Notes: generated by a model from the letters alone, not told the origin. A DNA stretch of 64,000 nt from an uncultured Eubacteriales bacterium (GCA_902465495.1 CABQND010000002.1:11226-75225); one strand, 5' to 3'; counted from the stretch's first letter, positions 29,948 through 39,812 are shown. Numbers and translations are program-made.

Positions 29948-30805
29948 ATGTTAGTAGGACTGAAAGAAATTCTTGCAATTGCAGAACAAGACAAAAAAGC
30001 AGTCGGGATGTTCAATGCAACCGGATTTGATAGTTTGCAGGCGGTTATCGGAGCAGCGGAAGAACTCAACAGACCTGTCATTATTGCGCATGCCGAAGTG
30101 CATAATGTATATAATGATATCAGCTTTGTCGGACCGGCAATGTTGGCGGCGGCAAAAAACGCCAAAGTGCCCGTTTGTGTGCATTTGGATCATGGCGTTA
30201 CATTAAATATGGTTTGGCGCGCTTTGCGGCTTGGGTTTACTTCGGTTATGATCGATACATCCGCGCTTCCGTTTGAGGAAAATCTTCGCGTAACCAAAGA
30301 AGTGACAGAGATCGCACATGCAATGGGGGCTGGCGTTGAGGCGGAATTGGGACAGCTCGTCACCAAAGAGAATGGAGAAACGGAGATTTCAGGCGCGGAT
30401 CCTGCAGATTTTTATACCCGTGCGGAAGAAGCTGCTTTATTTACTCAGAAGACGGGAGTTGATGCTCTGGCGATCGCTTTCGGGACAAGCCATGGCTTTT
30501 ACAAGGCGCAACCGAAACTGGATTTTGACGTAGTGCAAAATTGTGCAAAGGCAACAGGATTGCCGTTGGTAATGCATGGAGGCAGCGGTGTAGATGAAAT
30601 AGGATATAAAAAATCCATCGACGCGGGAATAAGAAAAATCAATTATTATTCATATATGTCCAAAGCAGGTTATGAAGCGGCAAAACGTGAGATTGAAAGC
30701 GGGAAATCCGGATATCTTCATGATGTTGAGTATGCGGCAATGGAAGCAATGAAAGAGGACGTGAAAAAAGCGATGCGTGTTTTTTGGGGGATGAATAAAG
30801 AATAA
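29948..30805 (+). CDS. Class II ketose-(bis)phosphate aldolase
   Basis: HLDHG, FTSVMID, VEAELG, GTSHG, PLVMHGGSG, KINY. Confidence 0.92.
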   Translation: MLVGLKEILAIAEQDKKAVGMFNATGFDSLQAVIGAAEELNRPVIIAHAEVHNVYNDISFVGPAMLAAAKNAKVPVCVHLDHGVTLNMVWRALRLGFTSVMIDTSALPFEENLRVTKEVTEIAHAMGAGVEAELGQLVTKENGETEISGADPADFYTRAEEAALFTQKTGVDALAIAFGTSHGFYKAQPKLDFDVVQNCAKATGLPLVMHGGSGVDEIGYKKSIDAGIRKINYYSYMSKAGYEAAKREIESGKSGYLHDVEYAAMEAMKEDVKKAMRVFWGMNKE

Positions 30806-30902
30806 ATTTTCGGAGTTTTTTCGGTTGATATTGAAAAATAAAAGTATTTGATTCAAATACGCAAATTCGGCAGTTCAATTTACAATCTTTTTCCGTAATA
30901 AT

Positions 30903-30939
30903 AAGGCGATACCCGATAGGGTATCGCCTTTTGCGTGGT
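30903..30939. repeat. Copy of the terminator plus 3'-end bases found directly downstream of tRNA-Tyr
   Basis: aaggcgataccc-gata-gggtatcgccttttgcgtggt matches 49710-49747 except in the loop. Confidence 0.85.
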
Positions 30940-30957
30940 AGAGAATTAGGTGATTAA

Positions 30958-31176
30958 TCATATTTTTGTGCCTGTTTCATCCTCTAAGCCAAGAAGATAA
31001 TCAGCGCTTACATCAAAAATTTTGCAAAGTTTTTTGATAGAATTAATATCAGGTTCTGTTCTGCCTTGTTCCCAACTTGCATATCCGTTGGGAGAGATTT
31101 TCAGCAGTTCATATACATCTTTTTGGGTCATGCCTTTTTCTTTGCGTATTGTTTTTAAAATATCTTTAAATTCCAT
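30958..31176 (-). CDS. XRE-family HTH transcriptional regulator (72 aa)
   Basis: LKTIRKEKGMTQ...WEQGRTEPD...IFDVSADYLLG; AAGGAG RBS before the ATG at 31176. Confidence 0.9.
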   Translation of the reverse strand: MEFKDILKTIRKEKGMTQKDVYELLKISPNGYASWEQGRTEPDINSIKKLCKIFDVSADYLLGLEDETGTKI

Positions 31177-31207
31177 AACAGCTCCTTTTTTTATATTATA
31201 ACATTTA

Positions 31208-31271
31208 TACCCAAATTGGGTTGACAATACCCAATTTGGGTAGTATAATATAAATATACCCAAATCGGGTA
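31208..31271 (+). promoter_or_regulatory. Consensus SigA promoter overlapped by three palindromic operators
   Basis: TTGACA (31221)-17bp-TATAAT (31244); TACCC-N5-GGGTW at 31208, 31228 and 31257. Confidence 0.85.
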
Positions 31272-31288
31272 TAAAAGGAGGAATCATA

Positions 31289-31577
31289 ATGCAAGAAGAA
31301 AGTGAACGAAAAAAAACAAAAATGTTTGTATTGTGGAAATTTTGAGGGCTATTATACAAAAGGGTTACATTGTTTTTTGCGCACAAAGCAAGGAATTTGC
31401 AGACAACAAGGTGAGATAGTAAATAATCAAGGTACTTGTGAATTTTGGAAAACAAGCAGGCGCAGATACTCTTTTCGCAAGCGCGCAGTTTCGAGAGCTT
31501 TATATGAAATCTTGACGGAAATTTCAGCGATCCGACAGATTATGCAGGAAAGTGAGGACGAAGGGAAAAACTTATAA
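31289..31577 (+). CDS. Small Cys-rich (putative Zn-binding) protein; the RBS-supported ATG is out of frame at an A8 tract
   Basis: AAGGAGG then ATG at 31289. A7 instead of A8 (31309-31316) would give MQEESERKKQKCLYCG. Alternative GTG start at 31302. Confidence 0.6.
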
Positions 31578-31833
31578 TGGAACACAGAAAAAATTACCGG
31601 AAATGCTCAGGATGCAGATATTACAATGCGTTTTATACAAGGGGAGCGTGTGCGTTTTATCGAGAAAAATCGGGATATTGTGAACAAAAGGAAAAAGCGG
31701 TAGAAGCAAAAGAATGTTGTGATAAATACAAACATCGAAAGCATCAAGATAAAAATGTGCAATGGAAGATCTTGAAAAAGTCAAAGTAGCTTTGGAAGAA
31801 TTGAAACTTGTTTTTGGCGATTACGATGTTTGA
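31577..31833 (+). pseudogene. Second Cys-rich paralogue, probably frameshifted near 31760
   Basis: KCSGCRYYNAFYTRG..GYC..CCDKYK parallels the upstream ORF. The helical tail MEDLEKVKVALEELKLVF lies in another frame. Confidence 0.55.
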
Positions 31834-31935
31834 TTTATCTCGTCGTTATTCAAATTAAGAGGAGATGGCAAAGCGTCGCTTTGCGGCAGGCGCGGCGACG
31901 GCGGCATTCATCATTGTGAAAAAGCGCAGGACCGA

Positions 31936-31993
31936 AGACACTTAAAAACAAAAGGCTTTGCCGATCGGCAAAGCCTTTTGTTTTTAAGTGTCT
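31936..31993. repeat. 58-bp perfect palindrome (likely bidirectional terminator)
   Basis: agacacttaaaaacaaaaggctttgccga|tcggcaaagccttttgtttttaagtgtct. Confidence 0.9.
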
Positions 31994-32147
31994 GCATATG
32001 CATTCCGTTATAAAATAATCAAAATCGGATATTTTTATGTCAAAAATCGTAGGTGTTTAAGGTACTGCATTGACAATTTAATGTATTACAGATATAATAA
32101 AGAAAAAATTAGAGTTGTTGCAGCTAAAGCAAGGGGGATAAACGGAA

Positions 32148-33447
32148 GTGTTAAAAAGAGCAGTTGGAATCGTTTGCGGCATATGTTTTATTGTTTTTTC
32201 TCTGAGCGCATGTTCATTGAAAGGAGACGAAAAGTATATATTGGAGTTTTCGAAAAAAGAATATATTTTGGCAGAGTGAGAGGTTAAAGAGTATGGACTG
32301 TCCTTCTCCGCAGGCGGAGAGGCAGGAGATATGGGAGAGGTTAACGTTGCTTCTTCGGATGAAACCATAGTGAAAGTGAAGGACGGCATAATGATTGCGG
32401 TTTCTGCGGGAGAAGCAGTTATCAGGGCAAAAATCGGTAAGACGTCTGCGGAAACAAATGTCATTGTGGTTGCGGATGCAACAGCGGAGCAGGTGAACGG
32501 ATTCGGCGAAGAGTACATCAATATTTATGGAAGGAGCTATATACAGGAAGGGAGGCTCAATCTCGATCAAACGGCAAATGCGGTAGAAATCGGAATAGGC
32601 GGTGGTAATTTGTCCGTAACGCTCAGTTCAACGGCAAACAGTTATATGCGAATATATATTGATGAATCTACCGAGGGCAAGCGATTGAATATTCCCGTGG
32701 GTATCAGAAAATACATGTTGGCGAGCGAATTGGAGGAGGGATATCATAAGATCCGGCTGGTAAAAGCAACGGAAATGCAAGATGCCTGCTGGGATGTTTT
32801 GGCATTTGAGGCGGACAGGTTTACTTGTGTGAGGGAAAAGTCTGATTTGAAGATAGAGTTCATAGGGGATTCGATCTCGGTGGGATACGGTGTGCTTGGG
32901 GATTTTGGGCAGAATAAAAGTGTAGAGAATTCCGACAGCACAAAAGCATATCCGTTTGTTGCGGCGCAGGCATTGAATGCAGACTATTCGATCATAGCAT
33001 GGAGTGGAATTTGTACCAAAGCCTATCATTGGGAAAAAAATATCAATATGGCTGAATTGTATAAGCATGTATCGTTCACAAACACAGAAGAGTATGCTTT
33101 CGATTTTTCACCGGATATTATTGTGATAAATTTGGGAACTAATGAAACTTCGTATTTGTCGCGGAATTTGCAGTACGCAGACAGATTTCTTGCTGATTAT
33201 TATGGGTTTTTGAAATATGTAAGGGAAAAGAATCCGGAATCATATATAATTTGTCTCTATGGGATGATGGGGGGTGAATACATTAATAGGCGGTGGAATA
33301 GAAGCTGCGTGTGCGGAGATGGACGATGAAAAGATCATATACAATCCGTTGGTGATCAAATCCGACACATCGGCGGCAAACGGGCATCCTGCAGCCAGCG
33401 CGCAAATCGAGTGGGGAAAGGAGCTGGCAGATTTTATTGAAAAATAA
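32148..33447 (+). pseudogene. SGNH/GDSL (CE2-like) esterase lipoprotein with an Ig-like domain, disrupted
   Basis: Lipobox LSAC, then an in-frame TGA at 32277. IEFIGDSISVGYG and INLGTNE present. G6 run at 33269 shifts the catalytic NGHP segment out of frame. Confidence 0.8.
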
Positions 33448-33508
33448 GCAAAAAATTTAAAAACCCTATTGACAAAATGAAAATACTTTGTTATACTGTA
33501 ATTAGTTT

Positions 33509-33522
33509 TGAAACTAGTTTCA
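33509..33522. promoter_or_regulatory. LacI-type operator 1
   Basis: Perfect palindrome TGAAACTAGTTTCA just downstream of TTGACA-17bp-TATACT (33469-33497). Confidence 0.7.
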
Positions 33523-33537
33523 TAAAAGGTGCGCCTT

Positions 33538-34545
33538 ATGTCGGGTCGAAACGTTAACATATCAAAAATAGCAGAGCTTGCCGGAGTAGGGAAGGCGACA
33601 GTTTCGCGTGTCTTAAACAATAAGCCGAATGTATCTCCGAAAACGGCGAAAAGAGTGCGGGAAATCTGTGACACGCTCAATTATACGCCCAATTTTTTTG
33701 CTTCGAACATAATGAATGTGCAAACGAATATCATCGGGTTGTTTTTCGAAGCGGGTAACGATCATTATTACAAATATTACGGAGATTTGCTGGAGGGGTG
33801 TATCACTGAGGCGTATCGTTTCGGAATGCAGGTTTTGCCGTATTTTTCTCCCGGAATCAATCTTTTGCATGAAATTCTGACGCCGGGGAAATCGCCGTTG
33901 GCGGGAGCTTTGATCCTTGCGCCGAGCGTGCAGGAAAACCGGCTGGTGCAGCTGGATAAATATAAAATTCCTTATATAATAATCGGCGCGCTGTACGGGG
34001 AAACGAAAGAATATTCGAGCGTGGATGTGAACAACCGAAAGCTGGTGCAGGACAGTTTGAACTATTTGTACGAGCGAGGGCATCGGAAGATTGCTTTTAT
34101 TAATTCGATGCCGCAACTGACCATATCGCAGGAGCGGGATAAATCAGTTTGTCTGTTTGAAAAAGCCAACGCTGAAGTAAAGATTTTCAAGCGTTACTGT
34201 TCAGACAGAGAGGGGGTCGTAGGGGATGCAATATGTTCTCTGATGGAAGAGACCCCGGAGATTACGGCTTTTTTGGTCGCTTCGGATATCATAGCAAAAG
34301 ATGTATACGAATACTTTTCAAAGATGGGCAAAAAGATCGGGAAAGATATTTCCGTACTGGCATTGGGCGGTACGAAATATGTTCAGACACTGAGCCCGAA
34401 GCTCACATGTGCGGTGCAGGATTATATTGAATTGGGGAAGGCTGCGGTGCAAATGCTCAGGCAGCGTCTTTGCGGCACATGTGCAGAAGAGCATAAATTT
34501 TTTGAAAGTTTCATTGTAGACGGAAAATCGGTCGCAAATATTTGA
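33538..34545 (+). CDS. LacI-family transcriptional regulator
   Basis: IAELAGVGKATVSRVLN HTH, LNYTPN, GHRKIAFI. Confidence 0.93.
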   Translation: MSGRNVNISKIAELAGVGKATVSRVLNNKPNVSPKTAKRVREICDTLNYTPNFFASNIMNVQTNIIGLFFEAGNDHYYKYYGDLLEGCITEAYRFGMQVLPYFSPGINLLHEILTPGKSPLAGALILAPSVQENRLVQLDKYKIPYIIIGALYGETKEYSSVDVNNRKLVQDSLNYLYERGHRKIAFINSMPQLTISQERDKSVCLFEKANAEVKIFKRYCSDREGVVGDAICSLMEETPEITAFLVASDIIAKDVYEYFSKMGKKIGKDISVLALGGTKYVQTLSPKLTCAVQDYIELGKAAVQMLRQRLCGTCAEEHKFFESFIVDGKSVANI

Positions 34546-34560
34546 TTTTCTAGCAAAAAG

Positions 34561-34574
34561 TGGAACTAGTTTCA
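34561..34574. promoter_or_regulatory. LacI-type operator 2, upstream of the GH38 operon
   Basis: TGGAACTAGTTTCA, 13/14 identical to operator 1. Confidence 0.65.
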
Positions 34575-34703
34575 TGCAGGGATGGCGGGCAAATTTCTGA
34601 TTGCTGCGTCTAATCGTTGATTTTTGAACAAGAAAAAGTCGGTAAAAGCCATTGGATAAGAGCGATCGGGTGAGGCAACCGAGTCGAAGGAGAAGGAGGA
34701 AGC

Positions 34704-37622
34704 ATGACAGAATTTGACCGAAAGCAACTGGAAATTTTTGTTGAAAAGATCAAGGAGAGCGTTTATCGAAAAGCTGGGCAGCTTCAAGCGGAGATATTGT
34801 TTTCCCGCGAGCCGATCTGTTGGGAAGAAGCGAAAAAGGGTAATTTTTGTTCCATTGATGTCGGGAAAGTATGGGGCGGGCTGTTTGATTGCGCATGGTT
34901 TCGCTTTACGGGTGAAGTGCCGAAATCCTGCTGTGGTAAAAGCGTGGCTCTTCGCATAGATGTGGACGGCGAGGGGTGCGTGTATGACGAAAACGGTGTA
35001 CCGATGCGTGGGCTTACCAACATTAATTCCGAATTTGATCGTTCGCTGGGGCTGCCCGGTAAGCGCATTTTTCCTATTTCGCATTGTGCGGCGGGCGGGG
35101 AAAAAATTGCGATCCTTGTAGATGCGGGGTGTAACGATCTTTTCGGAAAAATGTGCGGCGGGACGTTGAAAGAGTGCGACATTGTTACTTGTGACGAAAA
35201 GCGCAGAGAATTTTATTATGATTTTGCAGTGCTTTTGAATCTTGCGGCGGCGCCGCAATTGCAAGAGTCGAGGCGAACACATCTGAAAAAAATTTTATCG
35301 GAAGCGGCGCGAATTGTCGGTGAGGCGAAGGATGCGGAAGAGGAAAAGATTGTACGGGCGGACGATCTTTTAAAAAGCGAACTTTCAAAACCAAGCGAAA
35401 TAAAGGATTACGCATTTACAGCGATCGGGCATGCGCATTTGGATCTTGCATGGCTGTGGCCAATACGCGAAACCAAGCGTAAGGCGGAACGCACATTTTC
35501 GACAGCGATTGCTCTGCTCAAAGAATATCCCGAATACATAGCGGGATTCAGCCAGCCGCAACAATTTGAATGGACGGAATTGAGGCAACCCGAGCTGTTT
35601 TCACGCATACGCGAAGCGGTCCTGGCGGGGCGTATTGAGGTGCAGGGTGTCATGTGGGTCGAGCCGGACATGAATTTGACGGGTGGAGAATCCATTGTGC
35701 GGCAGATCTTATACGGAAAGAGATATTTTCGCGAAAAATTCGGGCAGGCACCGCGTATTTGCCATTTGCCCGATGTATTTGGATTCAATGCGGCGCTTCC
35801 GCAGATTTTGAAAAAAAGTCACACTGATTTTATGCTGACGATCAAGCTCAGTTGGAACAAATACAATAAATTTCCGTATCATACTTTTCTCTGGGAGGGA
35901 ATCGACGGGACAGAAATACTTGTGCATATGCCTCCGAACGGAACGTACAATGACTCTCTGCAACCGGCGGCGATTCTGAATGCATACGAAAAAGACGGCG
36001 AAAAGAATTTGACGGGTGAAGGCTTGATCCTATACGGAATCGGAGACGGCGGCGGCGGACCGGGGCGCGATCATCTTGAACGTCTGCGAAGGGTGCGAAC
36101 GCTAAGCGGGTTGCCTCCTGTGCGAAGTAGAACGACGCGCGAGTTTTTTGACAATATTGCAATGCGTCAGGATATGTATCCGCATTATAGCGGGGAGTTG
36201 TATTTGGAGAAACATCAGGCCACGTATACTACGCAGGCGCGGAACAAGCGATATAACCGACTGGCAGAGCGTGATCTTCGCACAATGGACTTGTTTTACG
36301 CAGCGGCGTATCTTGCTGGGGCGTCTGACGAACAGGAGGCGAGCGATCGGATCTGGAAGGAGATTCTGTTGTATCAGTTCCATGATATTTTGCCGGGTTC
36401 TTCCATAGCGAGGGTATATCATGAAACGGACAAACGTTATCCCGTTTTGCTTGCCGAAATTGCACGGTTGACACAAAAAGCTGCCGACGTTATCGGTAAA
36501 AATGTTCCATTTAATCCGATATGTGCGGTACGGAAGGAGATAGCGGAAGACGGACGCGTAATTTGCTTTGATGGGTACGGGGAAGCGAGTCGTACGGAGC
36601 AGGCTGGCGCCGAGCCGATTGCCGAGGAAGGCAGACTGGAAAATGCGTTTTTGATTGCCAAATTTGACAAAAGCGGAAATCTGGCTGCGTTGATTCGTAA
36701 GGCGGACGGAAAAAATTATCTGCGGGATTTGTCCGATCGGTTCGTGCTTTACGAAGACAGTGGTGACGGTTGGGATTTTGGCGAAGGGTATCTGCAAAAA
36801 GACAGTATCGGTGAATTTATTACGGTCGGCGCAAAATGGTTTGTACAGGAAGGGTGTGCTGTTGCCGAATTCGAGCGGGTGTTTGGACGTTCAAAGATGA
36901 TACATCGAGTCAAGCTGAATGCCGTTAAAGAATATCTGGAATTTGAAACGGAAGGGGACTGGCAGGAGCGGAAAACGTTGCTTCGTGCAGAATTTGTTCC
37001 TGCGATCTGGTGTGATACCGTCAATTGCGGCATTCAGTTTGGAAATTTTGTGCGTTCTACGAGGGAGGAAACCGCGGTCGAGCGTGCACAGGAAGAAATT
37101 TGCGCACAGCGCTACGTCGATATGTCCTGTGAAGGGGGCGGGTTGGCGGTCTTTGCCGAGGATAAATTCGGTTATCGCGTGAAGAGGGGGAAGATTCTTC
37201 TCAGCCTGTTGCGAGGCAGCGAATATCCCGGCGAAGATGCCGATCGCGGAAGACAGGTATTTCGATATGCGCTGTATCCGCATGCGAAAGCGTTTGCTTT
37301 TTCAGCGGTTACCGAGAGGGCGTACGAATATTTGTATCCGATCCTTTCTTGCACGCCGTCGGGGTTACCGCATTGGAGGGCGGACGGGGTGCAATTGGAG
37401 GCGGTGAAGATTGCAGAAGACAAAGAGGGCATAGTCTTCCGATTTTACGAAGCGAAGGGGCGCACGGGGTATCTGGAATGTACGGATCAAAATGTGCGGC
37501 TGTGCGAGATGTCCATAGACGAAGAGGAGTTATATGGGGTGATCGGGAATGTGATCGCGTTTGCTCCATATGAGATAAAGACATTGAAACTAACTGTAAA
37601 AGGGAGGGAAAATAAAGCATGA
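34704..37622 (+). CDS. Alpha-mannosidase, GH38
   Basis: GHAHLDLAWLWP, LPDVFG, GDGGGGP, GELYLE, QFHDILPGSSI. Confidence 0.93.
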   Translation: MTEFDRKQLEIFVEKIKESVYRKAGQLQAEILFSREPICWEEAKKGNFCSIDVGKVWGGLFDCAWFRFTGEVPKSCCGKSVALRIDVDGEGCVYDENGVPMRGLTNINSEFDRSLGLPGKRIFPISHCAAGGEKIAILVDAGCNDLFGKMCGGTLKECDIVTCDEKRREFYYDFAVLLNLAAAPQLQESRRTHLKKILSEAARIVGEAKDAEEEKIVRADDLLKSELSKPSEIKDYAFTAIGHAHLDLAWLWPIRETKRKAERTFSTAIALLKEYPEYIAGFSQPQQFEWTELRQPELFSRIREAVLAGRIEVQGVMWVEPDMNLTGGESIVRQILYGKRYFREKFGQAPRICHLPDVFGFNAALPQILKKSHTDFMLTIKLSWNKYNKFPYHTFLWEGIDGTEILVHMPPNGTYNDSLQPAAILNAYEKDGEKNLTGEGLILYGIGDGGGGPGRDHLERLRRVRTLSGLPPVRSRTTREFFDNIAMRQDMYPHYSGELYLEKHQATYTTQARNKRYNRLAERDLRTMDLFYAAAYLAGASDEQEASDRIWKEILLYQFHDILPGSSIARVYHETDKRYPVLLAEIARLTQKAADVIGKNVPFNPICAVRKEIAEDGRVICFDGYGEASRTEQAGAEPIAEEGRLENAFLIAKFDKSGNLAALIRKADGKNYLRDLSDRFVLYEDSGDGWDFGEGYLQKDSIGEFITVGAKWFVQEGCAVAEFERVFGRSKMIHRVKLNAVKEYLEFETEGDWQERKTLLRAEFVPAIWCDTVNCGIQFGNFVRSTREETAVERAQEEICAQRYVDMSCEGGGLAVFAEDKFGYRVKRGKILLSLLRGSEYPGEDADRGRQVFRYALYPHAKAFAFSAVTERAYEYLYPILSCTPSGLPHWRADGVQLEAVKIAEDKEGIVFRFYEAKGRTGYLECTDQNVRLCEMSIDEEELYGVIGNVIAFAPYEIKTLKLTVKGRENKA

Positions 37623-38887
37623 AAAATTGGTTTGCGGCGCTGATCGCGCTTGTTTTGAGTCTGACAGCCATAATGGCGGGATGTTCAGGCGGTCAAAGAG
37701 GTGACGGGCTCATTCTGTGGTGGATCAGCGGACAGCAGAACGAACAGATCATACGCGAGGCAGTAGCCGCTTACAGCGAGCAGAATCCCGGCACAGAGAT
37801 CGAAATTGTTTCCAAAGCGGGCATGGACGTTTTTCAGGCATATAAGATTGCACTGAGCGATGATAATACTCGTCCGGATGTGGCAATTCTCGATCATGTT
37901 TATGTGCAGTCGCTTGCGAAGGACGGTATGATCGCGAATCTGAGTGCGATGGGCGCGGGCGACGTGCAGGACATTTATCCGACGGGGCTCTGGCAGGCGA
38001 ACCTGTACGAAGGAAACAGTTACGCTCTACCGCTGAGCGCAAACACGATCGCGCTGATGTACAACGAAAATATTCTTAAAGAAGCGGGCGTGACCGACGA
38101 CGGAACCCCGACGGGCAAGGTCGTGCCGCCGACAACGTTGGAAGAGCTGTTTGAAGCGTGCGAGAAGGTGGAGAAGATCGGAAAGACGCCTTTTGCGCAG
38201 CCCATCAACTCTTTTGCGGCGATGGCGTTCATGTCGTATGTGGGCAGGCTGGGAGGCAGCATCGTTTCAGAGGATTATCGGACGGTGAAACTTGACGGGA
38301 ACGCGCAGGTCAAAGAGGCTTTGGAGATCTGGAAGAAGTTTTCAGGCGAAGGCTGGGTCAACAAGAACGAATTTGAGGAAGGGAAGTTTTACAGTGGCGG
38401 CGTTGCATTTTTGGAAATGGGTTCATGGAACATTTCGAAGGTATCGGGTAACACAGCCGTGTTCGATGTCGGTGTGACGGAAATGGTTCGTTTCGATTCG
38501 GAGCATACGAACGTATCGGGACTGGGACTGTATTCTTTGGTGGTTGCGGAGGACAGCGTCGATAAACAGGCGGCGTACGCACTCGCAAAATATCTGTCCT
38601 CGGACGAACAGTTTCAGCTCAAATTCAATCAGTCGCAGAACCTGTTTCCCGTCACAAAGACCGCTCTTGCAAACGAACACTATACGGAGGATGCGATTTT
38701 GAGCGTGTATGCTGCGCAGATGGAAAAGGTCACGCCGCGACCGGGGACGCCGGTTTGGCCCGATTTGGAGCAGGTGCTCGTGACGATGCTGCGCTCGGCA
38801 GTTCTGAACGGCGATGTGGACGGAGCGCTTGCTACGGCGCAGCGCAACGCGCAGGCGGCGACCGACCGTATTTATGGCGCCGCATGA
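37619..38887 (+). CDS. Sugar ABC transporter solute-binding lipoprotein
   Basis: Lipobox MAGC, PDVAILD, YALPL, LMYN, PPTTLEEL. Confidence 0.9.
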   Translation: MKNWFAALIALVLSLTAIMAGCSGGQRGDGLILWWISGQQNEQIIREAVAAYSEQNPGTEIEIVSKAGMDVFQAYKIALSDDNTRPDVAILDHVYVQSLAKDGMIANLSAMGAGDVQDIYPTGLWQANLYEGNSYALPLSANTIALMYNENILKEAGVTDDGTPTGKVVPPTTLEELFEACEKVEKIGKTPFAQPINSFAAMAFMSYVGRLGGSIVSEDYRTVKLDGNAQVKEALEIWKKFSGEGWVNKNEFEEGKFYSGGVAFLEMGSWNISKVSGNTAVFDVGVTEMVRFDSEHTNVSGLGLYSLVVAEDSVDKQAAYALAKYLSSDEQFQLKFNQSQNLFPVTKTALANEHYTEDAILSVYAAQMEKVTPRPGTPVWPDLEQVLVTMLRSAVLNGDVDGALATAQRNAQAATDRIYGAA

Positions 38888-38903
38888 CGCGGGGAGAGGG
38901 AAA

Positions 38904-39812
38904 ATGAAAAGTCTTTCCGGCTTTTACAAAAAACATAAACGGGAGATCGTTGCCTATTCGCTGATGGCGGTGCCCATTCTTTGGTGGTGTGTGTTTTTCC
39001 TGTTTGCTTTTTTTCGCAGTATCTTTTTCAGTTTTACCGATATGCGTTTTTCGGTGGAAAACATAACGCGGTTTGATTTTGACAACTACGTACGGCTGTT
39101 TCAGGACCAAACGTTTTACCGCGCATTGCTCAATACGGGCATCTGGACGCTCGCGATGACGGTAGCGAACAATCTTTTCGGGATATTTGCCGCTTTTTTT
39201 GTGTTCAAAGCCGTTCGGGGCAGGCGACTGTTCCTTGCCCTCCTTTTCTGGCCGAGCCTTGTTTCGGCGGTGACGGGAGCACAGATCACGAAGAGCATTT
39301 TCAATCCGTCGGATACGGGCGTCGCAAACGTGATTTTGGTCCGATGTTTCAATTTGCAGGCGCAAGGCTGGTACAACGATCCGAATCTCGCCCTTTTCAC
39401 GCTCATGATCATGCCCTTTCTGTTCGGATTTTCGCTTTCGATGATGATTTTTTACGTTGCGCTGGTGGGAGTCCCGTCCTGTTATGCGGAAGCGGCTTTT
39501 CTGGAAACCAAGTCGCAGTTTGCGGTGTTCCGCTATGTGTATTTTCCGCTGATTCTAAATGCTCTGTCGCTGAATTTGCTCTTGTCAATCATCTCCAACA
39601 TCAAAGTCATGGGCCCCATGCAACTGATCGGAGACGGGCTGGGCGGGCCGCTTGATTCGACGCAGACGCTCATGTTGTTTTTGTACAACAAGGGCATAGC
39701 GGGGTTTGAAATGGGTTATGCATGTGCGGTCGGCGTCGTGGTGCTTCTGATCATTCTCGCCCTGTCCGCGGTGCAGCAGAAGCTGACGGGAAAGGCGGTG
39801 GAATATGAATAA
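38904..39812 (+). CDS. Sugar ABC transporter permease
   Basis: FDNYVRLFQD, degenerate EAA motif (EAAFLET), GGPLDSTQT, EMGYACA. Confidence 0.88.
   Translation: MKSLSGFYKKHKREIVAYSLMAVPILWWCVFFLFAFFRSIFFSFTDMRFSVENITRFDFDNYVRLFQDQTFYRALLNTGIWTLAMTVANNLFGIFAAFFVFKAVRGRRLFLALLFWPSLVSAVTGAQITKSIFNPSDTGVANVILVRCFNLQAQGWYNDPNLALFTLMIMPFLFGFSLSMMIFYVALVGVPSCYAEAAFLETKSQFAVFRYVYFPLILNALSLNLLLSIISNIKVMGPMQLIGDGLGGPLDSTQTLMLFLYNKGIAGFEMGYACAVGVVVLLIILALSAVQQKLTGKAVEYE

Noticed and set aside
31208..31271. Three palindromic repeats as a mini-CRISPR
   Set aside because: Repeats are 15 bp with 5- and 14-bp gaps, overlap a promoter, and there are no cas genes; operators explain them better.
30958..31833. 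Prophage call for the XRE module
   Set aside because: No integrase, replication or structural phage genes in the window.
32277..32279. In-frame TGA as possible stop-codon recoding or selenocysteine
   Set aside because: TGA terminates many normal genes here, the site is not a Cys-equivalent position, and the gene has a second lesion.
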